Assembly: GCA_001793235.1 (NCBI GenBank)
Contig: MGHM01000020.1
Location: 33,677 to 97,676, forward strand
Reading direction: 5' to 3'
Length of the DNA stretch: 64,000 bases
DNA from: Candidatus Woesebacteria bacterium RIFCSPLOWO2_01_FULL_44_24b
Lineage (GTDB): Bacteria; Patescibacteriota; Microgenomatia; UBA8517
The notes beneath the pieces are model-generated. The model did not search any database, had not been told where the DNA came from, and was given only the letters and a program-made list of their open reading frames with translations. This document shows, piece by piece, positions 1-10,143 of this stretch. The position numbers and the translations under genes are program-made. Position 1 is the first letter of the stretch; each line of letters starts with the position of its first letter.

Positions 1-566
1 ACTACTTTTTCGCTCACTCTATATAAATACACCTCACCATCAAAGTTCACAAATATTCTGTCTCCCTCGCTCAAAAGTCTTAGTTGATAAAAAACTGCAT
101 TGTATTCCGAAAAATTTACCGGAGAGTTTGTTGAATGGGCAAAGAGGTATACCCGTCTGCCCTCACCCGGGTGGCCAGTATTTACAGCGTGCGCGATGCC
201 TTGTTTTAATGCCGCTTTATACACATCTTCATCAAACGGATTCACATCTTTTATCACTTTCGCGGTGGCACCGATTGTCGGGATAGATACCACAAATTCA
301 TCTACAGCGGGTGGCTTTGAGAGAGGCGTCTGAATTGTTTCCTGGGAAGTTCCCCCACTGACCTCAGCCAACCCAGCTTGATAATCCATATCAAGCTCCA
401 AACTGGGCCCATAAAAAAAGACCATAAATGCCAGGGCGAGGCTTGAAACATTCGCGCCAAGGAGGCGCATAAACCTGAATCTTTTTTTCTCTTTTTGGGT
501 TAAAGCAAGCCGAAGCTCGCCTTGCTTACCGGCCGAAGACTGGTAGATAATTCCTCGTGGGAACAT
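1..566 (-). CDS. Sortase (3' end runs off the window)
   Basis: Not in the ORF track. Manual translation from ATG at 566 gives MFPRGIIYQ..., a TM helix, then SIPTIGATAKV...GIAHAVNTGHPGEGRRVYLFAHS...VFYQLRLLSEGDRIFV...YLYRVSEKV, a typical sortase core with the catalytic His. The TLxTC motif would lie outside the window. Confidence 0.85.
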   Translation of the reverse strand, partial: MFPRGIIYQSSAGKQGELRLALTQKEKKRFRFMRLLGANVSSLALAFMVFFYGPSLELDMDYQAGLAEVSGGTSQETIQTPLSKPPAVDEFVVSIPTIGATAKVIKDVNPFDEDVYKAALKQGIAHAVNTGHPGEGRRVYLFAHSTNSPVNFSEYNAVFYQLRLLSEGDRIFVNFDGEVYLYRVSEKV

Positions 567-567
567 A

Positions 568-1140
568 TTAAACTGTCTTGTGTTTCTCGTACCAAAATAC
601 TCCAGTCGCGCCAAGTAACAAAACCAACAGTCCAAGGCCAAGGTGCTCAGGTCCGGTCTTCGGGAGCTCACTGTCTCCGCCACCACCGCGCCCTGTTACC
701 GGACTTGGTGTGGGCGAAGCTGCAGGGGTTGCACTTGGCTTTGGGGATGCAGTTGGTGTTGCTGAAGGCCTTGGAGTAAAAGATGGATTGGCTACAGCAT
801 AAAGATCACAATTTAGCCCAGACTCTTCAACTCTCTCGATACACGCTGAGCTTGAGCTACCTGGAAAGTAACGTACTTGCCCGCAGCCTGAGATCGGGTT
901 GGCACAAAAAGAGTCATTTCGAGCGTCCGTAAGCTTTGCATCGGTGTCCGTCAGGCTGCATCGCCCGTCATTATTAGTATCCCCTTTAGGGCAATCATAA
1001 GTCTCACAGCGGACAATTACACGGCCATCAGTGCACTGGGACCAGCTAGTATTTACGCCTTGAGCACGCACAGCGCCGGGTAAAGCCAGAACCAAGAGCA
1101 CGAACCCAACCATCGCTTGTACTTTATGCATAACGGTCAT
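568..1140 (-). CDS. Secreted Cys-rich protein with Pro/Thr linker and LPKTG sorting signal
   Basis: N-terminal signal peptide; C-terminal LPKTG + hydrophobic helix + basic tail; directly upstream of the sortase. Confidence 0.85.
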   Translation of the reverse strand: MTVMHKVQAMVGFVLLVLALPGAVRAQGVNTSWSQCTDGRVIVRCETYDCPKGDTNNDGRCSLTDTDAKLTDARNDSFCANPISGCGQVRYFPGSSSSACIERVEESGLNCDLYAVANPSFTPRPSATPTASPKPSATPAASPTPSPVTGRGGGGDSELPKTGPEHLGLGLLVLLLGATGVFWYEKHKTV

Positions 1141-1468
1141 ATTGGAAACCTAACTTTCTTTTGAAGAATTGGATATTTTATCATCTTGACAAAATTTGTA
1201 AAGATGCAAAAAAATTTCTGCCTTAAAGGAGCGGGTAGTACGCCTGCCCTACATACCACCCGTCCCCTCAAGGCAGAACAGCTATTGACAAGATATGCTA
1301 CATATGTCTAGTCTTAAGTACTGAATTATCTCACTTGCCTGTCTTTGAGATAATTCGTGTATTTCTTGAAAAGAGCATTGCTATTCGTGGAGTCCCGGTG
1401 TTACACCGAGAACAATCGATAGTGATGCTCTTTTCTATTCCGTTAGGAAAACCATTTACTCTAGGAAA

Positions 1469-1497
1469 ATTATATAATCGAAAATAGCCCCTGTCAA
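1469..1497 (-). promoter_or_regulatory. Sigma70 consensus promoter
   Basis: TTGACA-N17-TATAAT on the minus strand. Confidence 0.75.
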
Positions 1498-1606
1498 ATC
1501 CTATAGCTCCGATAGATTATTTTGTCTCACCCTATAGTAAACTTAGTCCCAAGTAAGTTCCGGTTTGACGACCTTATTTAATTGTAGACTGAAATTGTGG
1601 ATAACT

Positions 1607-2908
1607 CTACTTTAGAGTTTTTAGTACTTCGGAGACAAGTTTATAGCCGCTTGAGTCGACAATATTCTTAAAACCCTGCCGTCTCCCCTGCTCCCGCCGC
1701 TTTTCTTCAAACTGGCTTTTCCTGATCTCCCCCAAAAGACCAACTTCACCGACAACCAAAGTATCTGTTTTAACGGAAATGTTTTTAAGTGAAGTGGCAA
1801 TGGCCATCGCTACCGCCAAGTCCACCCCCGGATCTTTTACTTTTATTCCTCCGACGACATTAACAAAGACATCCTGTTCCGAAAGTCTGAGCCCGCAGTG
1901 GCGGGTCAGGACCGCAATCATGAGCTCTACCCGTTTTGGGTACAAGCCGTGTACAACTCTACGCGGAAAAGCCAATTTAGTGGGAGCAACCAGTGCCTGA
2001 ACCTCAACCAAAATAGGCCGTGTACCCTCCATTACACAGCTAACTACGGCGCCAGGCACTCTCACCCTTTCTTTCTCCAGAAACAAAGTATCGGCCTTGT
2101 CCGCACTCTCCATGCCCTTACCGCTCATCTGAAATATCCCCACCTCGGAAGTATCTGCAAACCTGTTTTTTACCGACCGAAGAATTCTTAGAGGGCTTAC
2201 CTTATCTCCTTCAAACCAAAGAACCGTATCTACCATATGAGCCAACGTGGCTGGGCCAGCCACGGTGCCATCTTTAGTAACGTGCCCTACCAAGACCACA
2301 GGTACGTTATTTGCCTTCGCAAAGCGAATTAATTGTAAAGTCGCGCCTTTAACTTGGCTAATTGTCCCGGGTGAGCCGGTAAGACCATCTGAATACATTG
2401 TTTGGACGGAATCAATAATTACGACCTTAAAGCCTGACTTTTTATATTCTAATTCGAGTGTTGCAAGTACAACATCCACATCGGTTTCCTCTAAAAACGC
2501 AATCTTCGCGGCCTCTATACCCAGCCTGGTAACCCGGGTGTTTACTTGGCTAATAGACTCCTCACCTAATACATAAAAGACACTCCCCACTCCACTTGCA
2601 ATCTGAAGTAACAAGGTCGACTTCCCTATTCCCGGCTCCCCGGCAAGCAGAATTACTTGCCCCGGGACCATCCCCCCGCCTAAAACGCGGTCGACTTCAG
2701 GTTCTTTGGTGGATATTCTTATTAACTCGCGGCGGCCGACGTCTTTTAAGTATTGGGCTTTCCTCGCTTCCTTTTTTGAAGAACCTTTTACCTTCGCTTC
2801 CCGAAACTCAACGAAACTAGCCCAGCTCTGGCAATTCGGGCATTTACCCAGCCATTTCGGGGACTCAAACCCGCAACTTTGGCATACAAACGATGTACCT
2901 TTGGCCAC
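1607..2908 (-). CDS. radA: DNA repair protein RadA/Sms
   Basis: C4 zinc finger (CQSCG..WLGKCPNC), Walker A GEPGIGKST, KNRF motif; likely GTG start at 2908. Confidence 0.95.
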   Translation of the reverse strand: MAKGTSFVCQSCGFESPKWLGKCPNCQSWASFVEFREAKVKGSSKKEARKAQYLKDVGRRELIRISTKEPEVDRVLGGGMVPGQVILLAGEPGIGKSTLLLQIASGVGSVFYVLGEESISQVNTRVTRLGIEAAKIAFLEETDVDVVLATLELEYKKSGFKVVIIDSVQTMYSDGLTGSPGTISQVKGATLQLIRFAKANNVPVVLVGHVTKDGTVAGPATLAHMVDTVLWFEGDKVSPLRILRSVKNRFADTSEVGIFQMSGKGMESADKADTLFLEKERVRVPGAVVSCVMEGTRPILVEVQALVAPTKLAFPRRVVHGLYPKRVELMIAVLTRHCGLRLSEQDVFVNVVGGIKVKDPGVDLAVAMAIATSLKNISVKTDTLVVGEVGLLGEIRKSQFEEKRREQGRRQGFKNIVDSSGYKLVSEVLKTLK

Positions 2909-2939
2909 AATGAAGCTATTATAACCCGGAGAAGAGATT

Positions 2940-3191
2940 CTAGTAAGTATTAGGCTCGGGATATTTACCAGAATCTCCAGGTCTTGGGGTGGACAAATAA
3001 TCAAACGGCTTATTTAATGTGCTTTCCACCTCTTTGCCAGGGGCTGTATACCTCTCCTCAGCCATTTGGAGTTCTGACACAGTTAGTGGAGCTTCAACAC
3101 CCGAGTCTGTCATAATCTTATTACTACTATTGAAAAAAGAAAATGCTACCACTATCCCTATTATTATAATTACGAGCAGTATTTTAATCAT
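2940..3191 (-). CDS. Small membrane-anchored hypothetical protein
   Basis: N-terminal TM helix; 2 nt from the upstream ORF. Confidence 0.6.
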   Translation of the reverse strand: MIKILLVIIIIGIVVAFSFFNSSNKIMTDSGVEAPLTVSELQMAEERYTAPGKEVESTLNKPFDYLSTPRPGDSGKYPEPNTY

Positions 3192-3193
3192 AT

Positions 3194-4864
3194 TTAATTA
3201 GGCACCATAACTCCGGTCCCACTAAACGTCTTTTGCACCGCATTGCCAGGAAACTCAACAGATGTCATAGTCGAGGCAATATACTGCTCCAAACAAACAT
3301 TGTTATATGTCACGCCATCAAGACCAACTGAAGTCCCAGTACAGATAGGGTCATTAGGGCCAGATACAATACGCCCAAATTGAGTTGTCCAAAACGCTCT
3401 GTCTTTTGGAGGGTTACCTCGGTTTGGTGAATATTGGCTATTTGGCCCATACCATGCCGCCTCAAGTCTTCGGGTAAGACCCAAGTCACCGGTTAATCTC
3501 CAAATGGATTGATTAAATGCATCAGCAGCAGTCTGCTCTAAGTTTCGTTGATAAACTGTTGTCGATCCGCAAATAGTAATTCCAAAGTCCCAAGACCAGC
3601 TTGCAGTGGAAGCATACCATTGCTCACATCCAATTCCCTGGTCCAAAGAAGTCTGATCTGTCACTAAAATGATCGGTCGCACTCCAGGGTCGCCATTTTC
3701 ACTTCTTCTTGCAAATCTCTCCAAATTACTGGTTGGCCTTCCTGAATAATTCCAACCTTGCCAATGAGAAACACTGCCTGATGCATCTCTTGTCCATACT
3801 TCATAAGAATGGTAAGCCCCAAACCTCTCCTGGGGGTTACTGGCAAAGTGAGTCCTAAAGTAGATATCAACACCATCCATTCTTGTACTAAATCCTTTCA
3901 TTGAGGTATGCTTGATCGAATTTTCAGCGGCCGAGGTGTTAAAATGGCCATGAAACATGGGATTATATCCTGCTGCTAGTATCCAGGATGAAGGCGGGTC
4001 ACCATGCTCATGCCCTGTTTCACATCCGTTATAAACCGGAGCATGCCACCTATCCATTGGTTCTCCGCACTTGCCCATACCAGACATTGTTGTTGCAGTG
4101 GGAGTAGGGGATGGTGATGTTGATGTGGTTGGGCGTGGAGTTACAGTTGGTCTAATGGTAGGAGATGCAGTCACTATAGGAGACGGACTATTAGTCGGGG
4201 TCGGCACACTAGTAGCCTCGCCTGAACCAGGTGTGTAAGTTATAACCAGTCTTGGATCGTTATTTATAAACTTCCTCCCCCAACTACCACCCGTACCCCT
4301 GAGAATAAAAGAAATAACACTACGCTCGCCACTCCCCACCAGCTCACCAACCACTCCTGTCACGTCTACTTCATAACCTTTCCCCACCTTCCACTGAGTA
4401 TCTTCATTTATAGAAGTTTTTATTGAAGTAAGCCCTCGAGATGAGGGTTTACTTGATTCGCTAAAGGGAGCGGACGAGACTGAGTTATCCCCATAAATAT
4501 CATATTCTACTCCTATCCACTGATCCCTAGGCACACTAAACTCGATTTTAGCTGATTGAACTTGTGCTCCCTTGGAGATTGTAGCGCCGGTAAACCTTAT
4601 ACCGAGATAAGAAGCTGATGGGGTCTCCCCTGTCCCTATCCACTTTTCGCCCGGGGGGTAATCATATTTGGATCCGTCCTCATTGATGATATCGCCTGCC
4701 TGCTGGACGGATAAAGTTACAGTTTCAGAAGCCATAACTTGAGCTTTACTTCTCACATCTCCGTTAAAACCTGGAAAAGTTATGACCCCAACAAACAAGG
4801 CAACAACTATTATACTAAGCCCAAGCACCCCAAGACCTATAAATCCTTGTGATTTGCCTCTCAC
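3194..4864 (-). CDS. Secreted/surface multidomain protein with Pro/Thr/Ser linker
   Basis: N-terminal TM, predicted beta-rich domain, PT-repeat linker, C-terminal Trp/His/Cys-rich domain (HEHGD). Confidence 0.75.
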   Translation of the reverse strand: MRGKSQGFIGLGVLGLSIIVVALFVGVITFPGFNGDVRSKAQVMASETVTLSVQQAGDIINEDGSKYDYPPGEKWIGTGETPSASYLGIRFTGATISKGAQVQSAKIEFSVPRDQWIGVEYDIYGDNSVSSAPFSESSKPSSRGLTSIKTSINEDTQWKVGKGYEVDVTGVVGELVGSGERSVISFILRGTGGSWGRKFINNDPRLVITYTPGSGEATSVPTPTNSPSPIVTASPTIRPTVTPRPTTSTSPSPTPTATTMSGMGKCGEPMDRWHAPVYNGCETGHEHGDPPSSWILAAGYNPMFHGHFNTSAAENSIKHTSMKGFSTRMDGVDIYFRTHFASNPQERFGAYHSYEVWTRDASGSVSHWQGWNYSGRPTSNLERFARRSENGDPGVRPIILVTDQTSLDQGIGCEQWYASTASWSWDFGITICGSTTVYQRNLEQTAADAFNQSIWRLTGDLGLTRRLEAAWYGPNSQYSPNRGNPPKDRAFWTTQFGRIVSGPNDPICTGTSVGLDGVTYNNVCLEQYIASTMTSVEFPGNAVQKTFSGTGVMVPN

Positions 4865-4906
4865 GAAGCAATTATATTTGTAACCAACATCACAATCAAG
4901 AGGAAG

Positions 4907-5353
4907 TTAGGGATTGGTCGTAATGTAATTACATGCTATCCCACAGGAAGCACAATTCGAGGTATCCATGGCACTGGACACATTATCCAAAGAAGCGCAG
5001 AGGGCATAACTTGCACTCGACAAGAGATTGTATGAATATATTCTTGACGGGCTTTCGGGGTCCCCGGGCTTGTTATCCATATAAACACTGGCCGAGGTGC
5101 ACGCGGGGGTGGAGCCGTTCCCTACTAGGTTTGCTCCGGTTGTAACTGCGTTGTAGTAGGCCGCAGTTGGGTAAACTCCACAGTCGGCTCGATATTTTTC
5201 AAGCCCGGAGGCAATTAATGCCAAGTCGGCCTTTCTTCTCTCATCGCGGGCTTGCTGCCGCGAGCCACCCAAAGCAAAGGCCATTGCCGAGAAAACAATT
5301 ATTATTATGACGATAACTACCAATACCTCAAGAAGAGTAAAGCCTTTGCGCAT
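4907..5353 (-). CDS. Type IV pilin / GspG-like protein
   Basis: KGFTLLEVLVV prepilin cleavage/methylation motif; C-terminal cysteines. Confidence 0.9.
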   Translation of the reverse strand: MRKGFTLLEVLVVIVIIIIVFSAMAFALGGSRQQARDERRKADLALIASGLEKYRADCGVYPTAAYYNAVTTGANLVGNGSTPACTSASVYMDNKPGDPESPSRIYSYNLLSSASYALCASLDNVSSAMDTSNCASCGIACNYITTNP

Positions 5354-5374
5354 ATATCCATTCTATATCAACTG

Positions 5375-6475
5375 TTACTTGTAGCCAACAGGTTTTGCTG
5401 AAGTCACGAGAAGCCCCAATGAAAGTCTTTTTTCTTTCTTGTCTACTTCTTCAATGTAGCAATTAACCTTTTGCCCTTCCTTGAGTGCCGTTGCCGGCGG
5501 GATTTTTGTAATGTGAATAAGGCCTTCCACTCCTGGAGCAACCTCAACGAACGCGCCAAAATCACTGACCCGGACAATTGTCCCTGTTATTTTGTCATCC
5601 GGGTGATATTTTTCTGTGGCCGTCTCCCACGGGTCAGCACCGGCCTGCTTCATTGAAAATGAAAGCTTATTGTGCTCAACCCCGATAACTTTCACGTCAA
5701 CCTTGTCACCAACTGCAATAACATCCTCGGCTCGGGCCGTCTTAGCCCATGAAAGCTCGGACACATGCACAAGTCCCTCCACTTCAACTTTTTTGTCATC
5801 CATGGGAACTGTGATTTGTACAAACGCCCCAAAATTGGTAACCGTGGTAACCACGCCTTTAAACTTGTCCCCAACTGATATACTTTTGAGAGCCTTATCC
5901 ACATCCTTCAGGCTGTCGGCTTCCGACACTGCTTTCTCAGAAAGCACTATCCTTAAATTCCCCTCATCCAGATCAATAATTTTTGTCTTTACATGCTTGC
6001 CCACTGCCCCTTCGCCCATTTTCGTTAGCACCGCACCAAGCTGTGAATTGGGGATAAACGCCGTTTCATTCTCAAGAGCGGCCACCAGGCCATGGGGGTT
6101 CACCGACTTAACTATCACTTCGATAACTTTTCCTTCTTCCTGAGCTTTTTTGATTTTTTTCCAGAAGTCATCTTGTGCCGCTCCGCGCAAGGATAAAAGT
6201 GTCGCGCCATCACGACTTTCCGGCTCCATCACCATTGCAGCTATTTCATCCCCCGCCTTCAAATTTTCAATGAGATTTTTAGCCTCCAGAAAATTTCCTT
6301 CACGCACGAGTCCTTCGCTCTTGCCGCCAATATCAAAAACTGCGGTACGAGCGCTCATTCTTAGAAACTTTGCGTTTATTTTTTGTCCTTTGGTAAAGCT
6401 TTTTATTTTGTAACCCGTGGAGGCAAGAAGGTCCTCCATGCTTACCGATTTGGAGTCATTTTGTGTTTTTGTCAA
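5375..6475 (-). CDS. rpsA: 30S ribosomal protein S1 (short form)
   Basis: Tandem S1 domains (FGAFV...EGLVHVSELSW; FGAFVEV..GVEGLIHI). Confidence 0.88.
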   Translation of the reverse strand: MTKTQNDSKSVSMEDLLASTGYKIKSFTKGQKINAKFLRMSARTAVFDIGGKSEGLVREGNFLEAKNLIENLKAGDEIAAMVMEPESRDGATLLSLRGAAQDDFWKKIKKAQEEGKVIEVIVKSVNPHGLVAALENETAFIPNSQLGAVLTKMGEGAVGKHVKTKIIDLDEGNLRIVLSEKAVSEADSLKDVDKALKSISVGDKFKGVVTTVTNFGAFVQITVPMDDKKVEVEGLVHVSELSWAKTARAEDVIAVGDKVDVKVIGVEHNKLSFSMKQAGADPWETATEKYHPDDKITGTIVRVSDFGAFVEVAPGVEGLIHITKIPPATALKEGQKVNCYIEEVDKKEKRLSLGLLVTSAKPVGYK

Positions 6476-6520
6476 TTGTCATGCCACCTTTCATTTGGTT
6501 TATTCCTGGACCTCAAAATT

Positions 6521-6640
6521 GGCATGGCAATGACCTATTTTCACGACCCGTTGCCGGGTAGCTATCGTCGGCGCTGCTGCGTTTCACTTCTAAGTTCGGA
6601 ATGGAATTAGGTGGTACCACAGCGCTCAAATCACCAAGCC
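6521..6640 (-). rRNA. rrf: 5S rRNA
   Basis: Reverse complement contains CCATTCCGAAC..GAAGTGAAAC..CAGCGCCGA; complementary ends extend into a flanking stem. Confidence 0.95.
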
Positions 6641-6826
6641 AATTTTAAGGTCCAAGCTTTGTATTTTACACTTTGAATAACTGGAAGAAAAGATTTTGTC
6701 ATTATACGAAATCAAACGTCATTGGACCAATTCGCACCAGTAAGCTTAACGACTTGCGTCGCTTCCACTGCTGGCCGATTAAACCGATGTTCTCTCGGAG
6801 GTCTCATAACGAACCCTCATCTTAGG

Positions 6827-6863
<37 letters not shown>

Positions 6864-7096
6864 ATGGGAATGTAGCTACCCGGCGCTGCCACTGATGTGA
6901 CAACCGGCACACTAGGGATTCCCCCATCCCGGTCCTCTCGTACTGGGGACAGCTCCCTTCAAGGTTCAACGCACACACCGGATAGAGTCCGAGCTGTCTT
7001 GCGACGCTCTGAACCCAGCTCACGTAGCACTTTAACGGGCGAACAGACCGACCCTTGGGAGGTACTTCCCCCCCAGGATGTGCTGAGCCGACATCG

Positions 7097-7938
7097 CTTT
7101 AAACCCATCTACTTACGTAGTGGCCTGACTATACCTTCGTCCTCTACAACATGAAGTAGGACGCCGACGTGTTATATGAATTAAAAAATTCATATCTACT
7201 CCCTTACGAGCTAGTCGATACGGGGTTATATCGGAATTTTGTACCGCATACTTTTAATTATGTGCGGGTAGATTGTTTCCCTGAGTGTTGGAGTACTTGA
7301 GTATAAGGTTCGTATTCTAAAGTACGTTTTATCCTTATTTAATCGTGACTCTATTCCAAGTTCTCCCAAACTTTTTATTAAATTACCTTGACTCTTTAAA
7401 TCAAATTGTTGGCAATTAAAATAACTGCTTCTATATGTTTTTGAACCATCGTCCATATACCAGACAGCTAAAGATAGTGGGGATAACTTTAAATTATCCG
7501 GAATTATCTTTTTGCCATTCAGGTAAAATCTGCCATAGAAAACAGTAAGTTCGGGAATGCTTTTGATAAAGAATCTGTAACCAACACGGCCTGCATTGCC
7601 TCGATAAGCTTTGGGAGGAGTGATGACAATATCTTTTAAAATTTGATATTTCCAATCAACGTACTCTTTTTGCTTTATAAGCGAAGCTTGTGAACTTCGT
7701 TCATCGAATGCGTAATTTGCAAATGCGCATTAGTTTTCTTTCTCAAATATCCATCACCAAGGATGCAACCCAAAATTATTTGTTGTTGAATATCCGATAA
7801 ACTTCCCACGGTGTTGTCCCCTGAATTCAGCTTAACCCAAAGTTAAACCGAATTTCAAGTTGGAGTTCACCGTTATGAGTCGGTATTTTTAAAACAGCAT
7901 TCCGGTATTTCTACCGGAAGACCCCGATGTCATTGTTG
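7097..7938 (-). mobile_element. Group I intron at 23S position 2500 (E. coli numbering), 842 nt
   Basis: Interrupts CUACCU|CGAUGUC; ends in G; guide sequence GACAUCGGGGU pairs both exons; P7 GACUA/UAGUC. Confidence 0.93.
7226..7809 (-). pseudogene. LAGLIDADG homing endonuclease disrupted by a 26-nt insertion
   Basis: GCILGDG and VWYMDDG motifs lie in different frames; deleting 7677-7702 restores a 185-aa ORF. Confidence 0.88.
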
Positions 7939-9264
7939 AGGTAGCGAACCGCATCGTCGATATGGACTCTCGGATGCGACTACTCTGTTATCCCCGGCGT
8001 AGCTTTTATCTATTAAGCTCCGTCCGCACCCATTGCGAAACGGAGGATCACTAAGACCTACTTTCGTACCTGCTTGGCCCATCGGCCTCGCAGTCAAGCT
8101 GGCTTATACCTTTGCGCTTACCCCACGATTTCCATCCGTGGTTAGCCAACCTTTGCGTCCCTGCGTTACCTTTTTGCAGGGTACCGCCCCAGTAAAACTG
8201 CCCATCTGACACTTTTCCCGGACGCGTTTCAAGCGTCCCTGAGTAAGATCTGCCACATTTTAAAGAGAGGTGTTACATTGGCGTCCCGCAAAGCGGGACT
8301 CCCTCTTACGCTAGACAATTAAAATGCACAGCTCAATGCCAGAATACAGTAAAGCTGCACGGGGTCTTTTTGTCCTGGTGTGTGTAGGCCGCGTCTTCAC
8401 AGCCATCGCAATTTCGCCGAGTGATAGTTTAAGACAGTTGTCAGCTCGTTACGCCTTTCGTGCGGGTCTGAACTTACCAGACAAGGAACTTCGCTACCGT
8501 AGAACAGTTATAGTTACTGCTGCCGTTTACTGGAGCTTCATTTCAGAGCATCCCGCCAAAGGCGGGGCACCCATCCACTTAACTTACCAGCACTGGGCAG
8601 GCGTCAGCCCGTATACTTAAGCTTTCGCTTTTGCACGGACCTGTGTTTTTGGTAAACAGTCGACTGACAATCGTTAGCTGCGATCCCTACACCATAAATG
8701 GTGAGGGACAGGACATCTTGCGAACTTACGTCCAGCTAATTTGCCGAGTTCCTTAAACTACCTTCTCTCGCTCGCCTTGGTCTACTCGACCAACCCACCT
8801 GTGTCGGTTTGCGGTACGGCTCGCTTTGATACTCACTGCGAATTTTTTCTTGTAAACTGAAACGGTCAGAATTGGCGAACTCTCGCTCACCTCTGCATCG
8901 CCGCTTAATTAATCATCTTGATGGGTTTTCCAATCAAGACTATCTCACGGCTTACACTCCAATCAATAAGAAGCTCTGACGCTCCAATTCAGTCAATCCC
9001 CAGTTGCATGCAGTCCCTTGCGGGTGCAAACGCATCAAAACAAGTACGGGAATATTAACCCGTTATCCATCGACTACGCCCTTAGGCCTCGCCTTAGGTG
9101 CCGACTTACTCCCGGAGGACGAACCTCGCCGGGAAAACCTTGGGTTTTCGGCGTCCCGAATTCTCATCGGGATTTCACGCTACTCATACCGGCATTCTCA
9201 CTTCCAAGCGCTCCACCATGGTTTCCACCACAGCTTCACTGCACTTGGAACGCTCCCCTACCAC

Positions 9265-9418
9265 CTCGCTCGCAGAGCGAGAAATTCTAAATTTAAAATT
9301 TGAAATTTTTAATCAAATAAAAATACTAAAATCTAAACTTCAAAAATTAGAAATTAGATATTAAAAATTGATTTAAAATTAAAAACTAAAAACTAAAAAT
9401 TCTCGTTCTACGAACGAG
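9265..9418 (-). repeat. AT-rich heptamer-repeat hairpin insertion in 23S helix 45
   Basis: About 154 nt closed by a stem of about 19 bp where E. coli has a short helix; AAAATTN-type 7-mers. Confidence 0.8.
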
Positions 9419-9502
9419 ATCCGTAGCTTCGGTAGTATACTTTAGCCCCGCGAAATCTTAGGCGCGGAATCCCTTGACCAGTGAGCTGTTACGCTATCTT
9501 TA

Positions 9503-9537
<35 letters not shown>

Positions 9538-10031
9538 TTTTGGAATTCCACTTCCTTAAACACTGAGTATACATTTTGGGACCTTAACTGACGGTCTGGG
9601 TTGTTTCCCTTTCGTCTCTAGAGCTTAGCCCCTAGAGACTGTCTAGTCCGTTAATGTGATTGTAATTCGGAGTTTGATTAAATCGCCTTGGTTTCCCTTG
9701 GCGACCCATTCAGTAGCTCTACCTCCAATCCACCTAGCGGACCACGGTGCCCATACACCTTTCGGGGAGAACCAGCTATCTCCAGGCTCGTTTGGCATTT
9801 TACCCCTAGCCACAAGTCATCCGAGCATATTGCAACATACAACGGTTCGGCCCTCCTTCCCGCTTTCGCGGGAATTCAGCCTGCTCATGGCTAGATCGCC
9901 TGGTTTCGGGTCTATCATGCACTACTAATTGCACTATTAGTACTCGCTTTCGCTGCGCTTTTGAGCCATAAGCCCTTAAGCTTGCAGTACACGATAACTC
10001 GCCGGTTCATTCTTCAATAGGCACGAGATCA

Positions 10032-10143
10032 CTCGCGCTCTGCGCGAAAGTTACGAAGTGATTAAGTTAATAAGTTATTAAGTTTTGTTTTACTTAATCT
10101 CTTAATCGCTTAATGTCTTCATATCTTTTGTGCAAAGCACAAG
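10032..10143 (-). repeat. Octamer-repeat hairpin insertion in 23S helix 25
   Basis: ATTAAGTT-type x3 facing NCTTAATC-type x3 inside a stem. Confidence 0.78.

Noticed and set aside
660-780. Tandem DNA repeats in Pro/Thr linkers (also 4085-4215)
   Set aside because: Explained by low-complexity protein linkers
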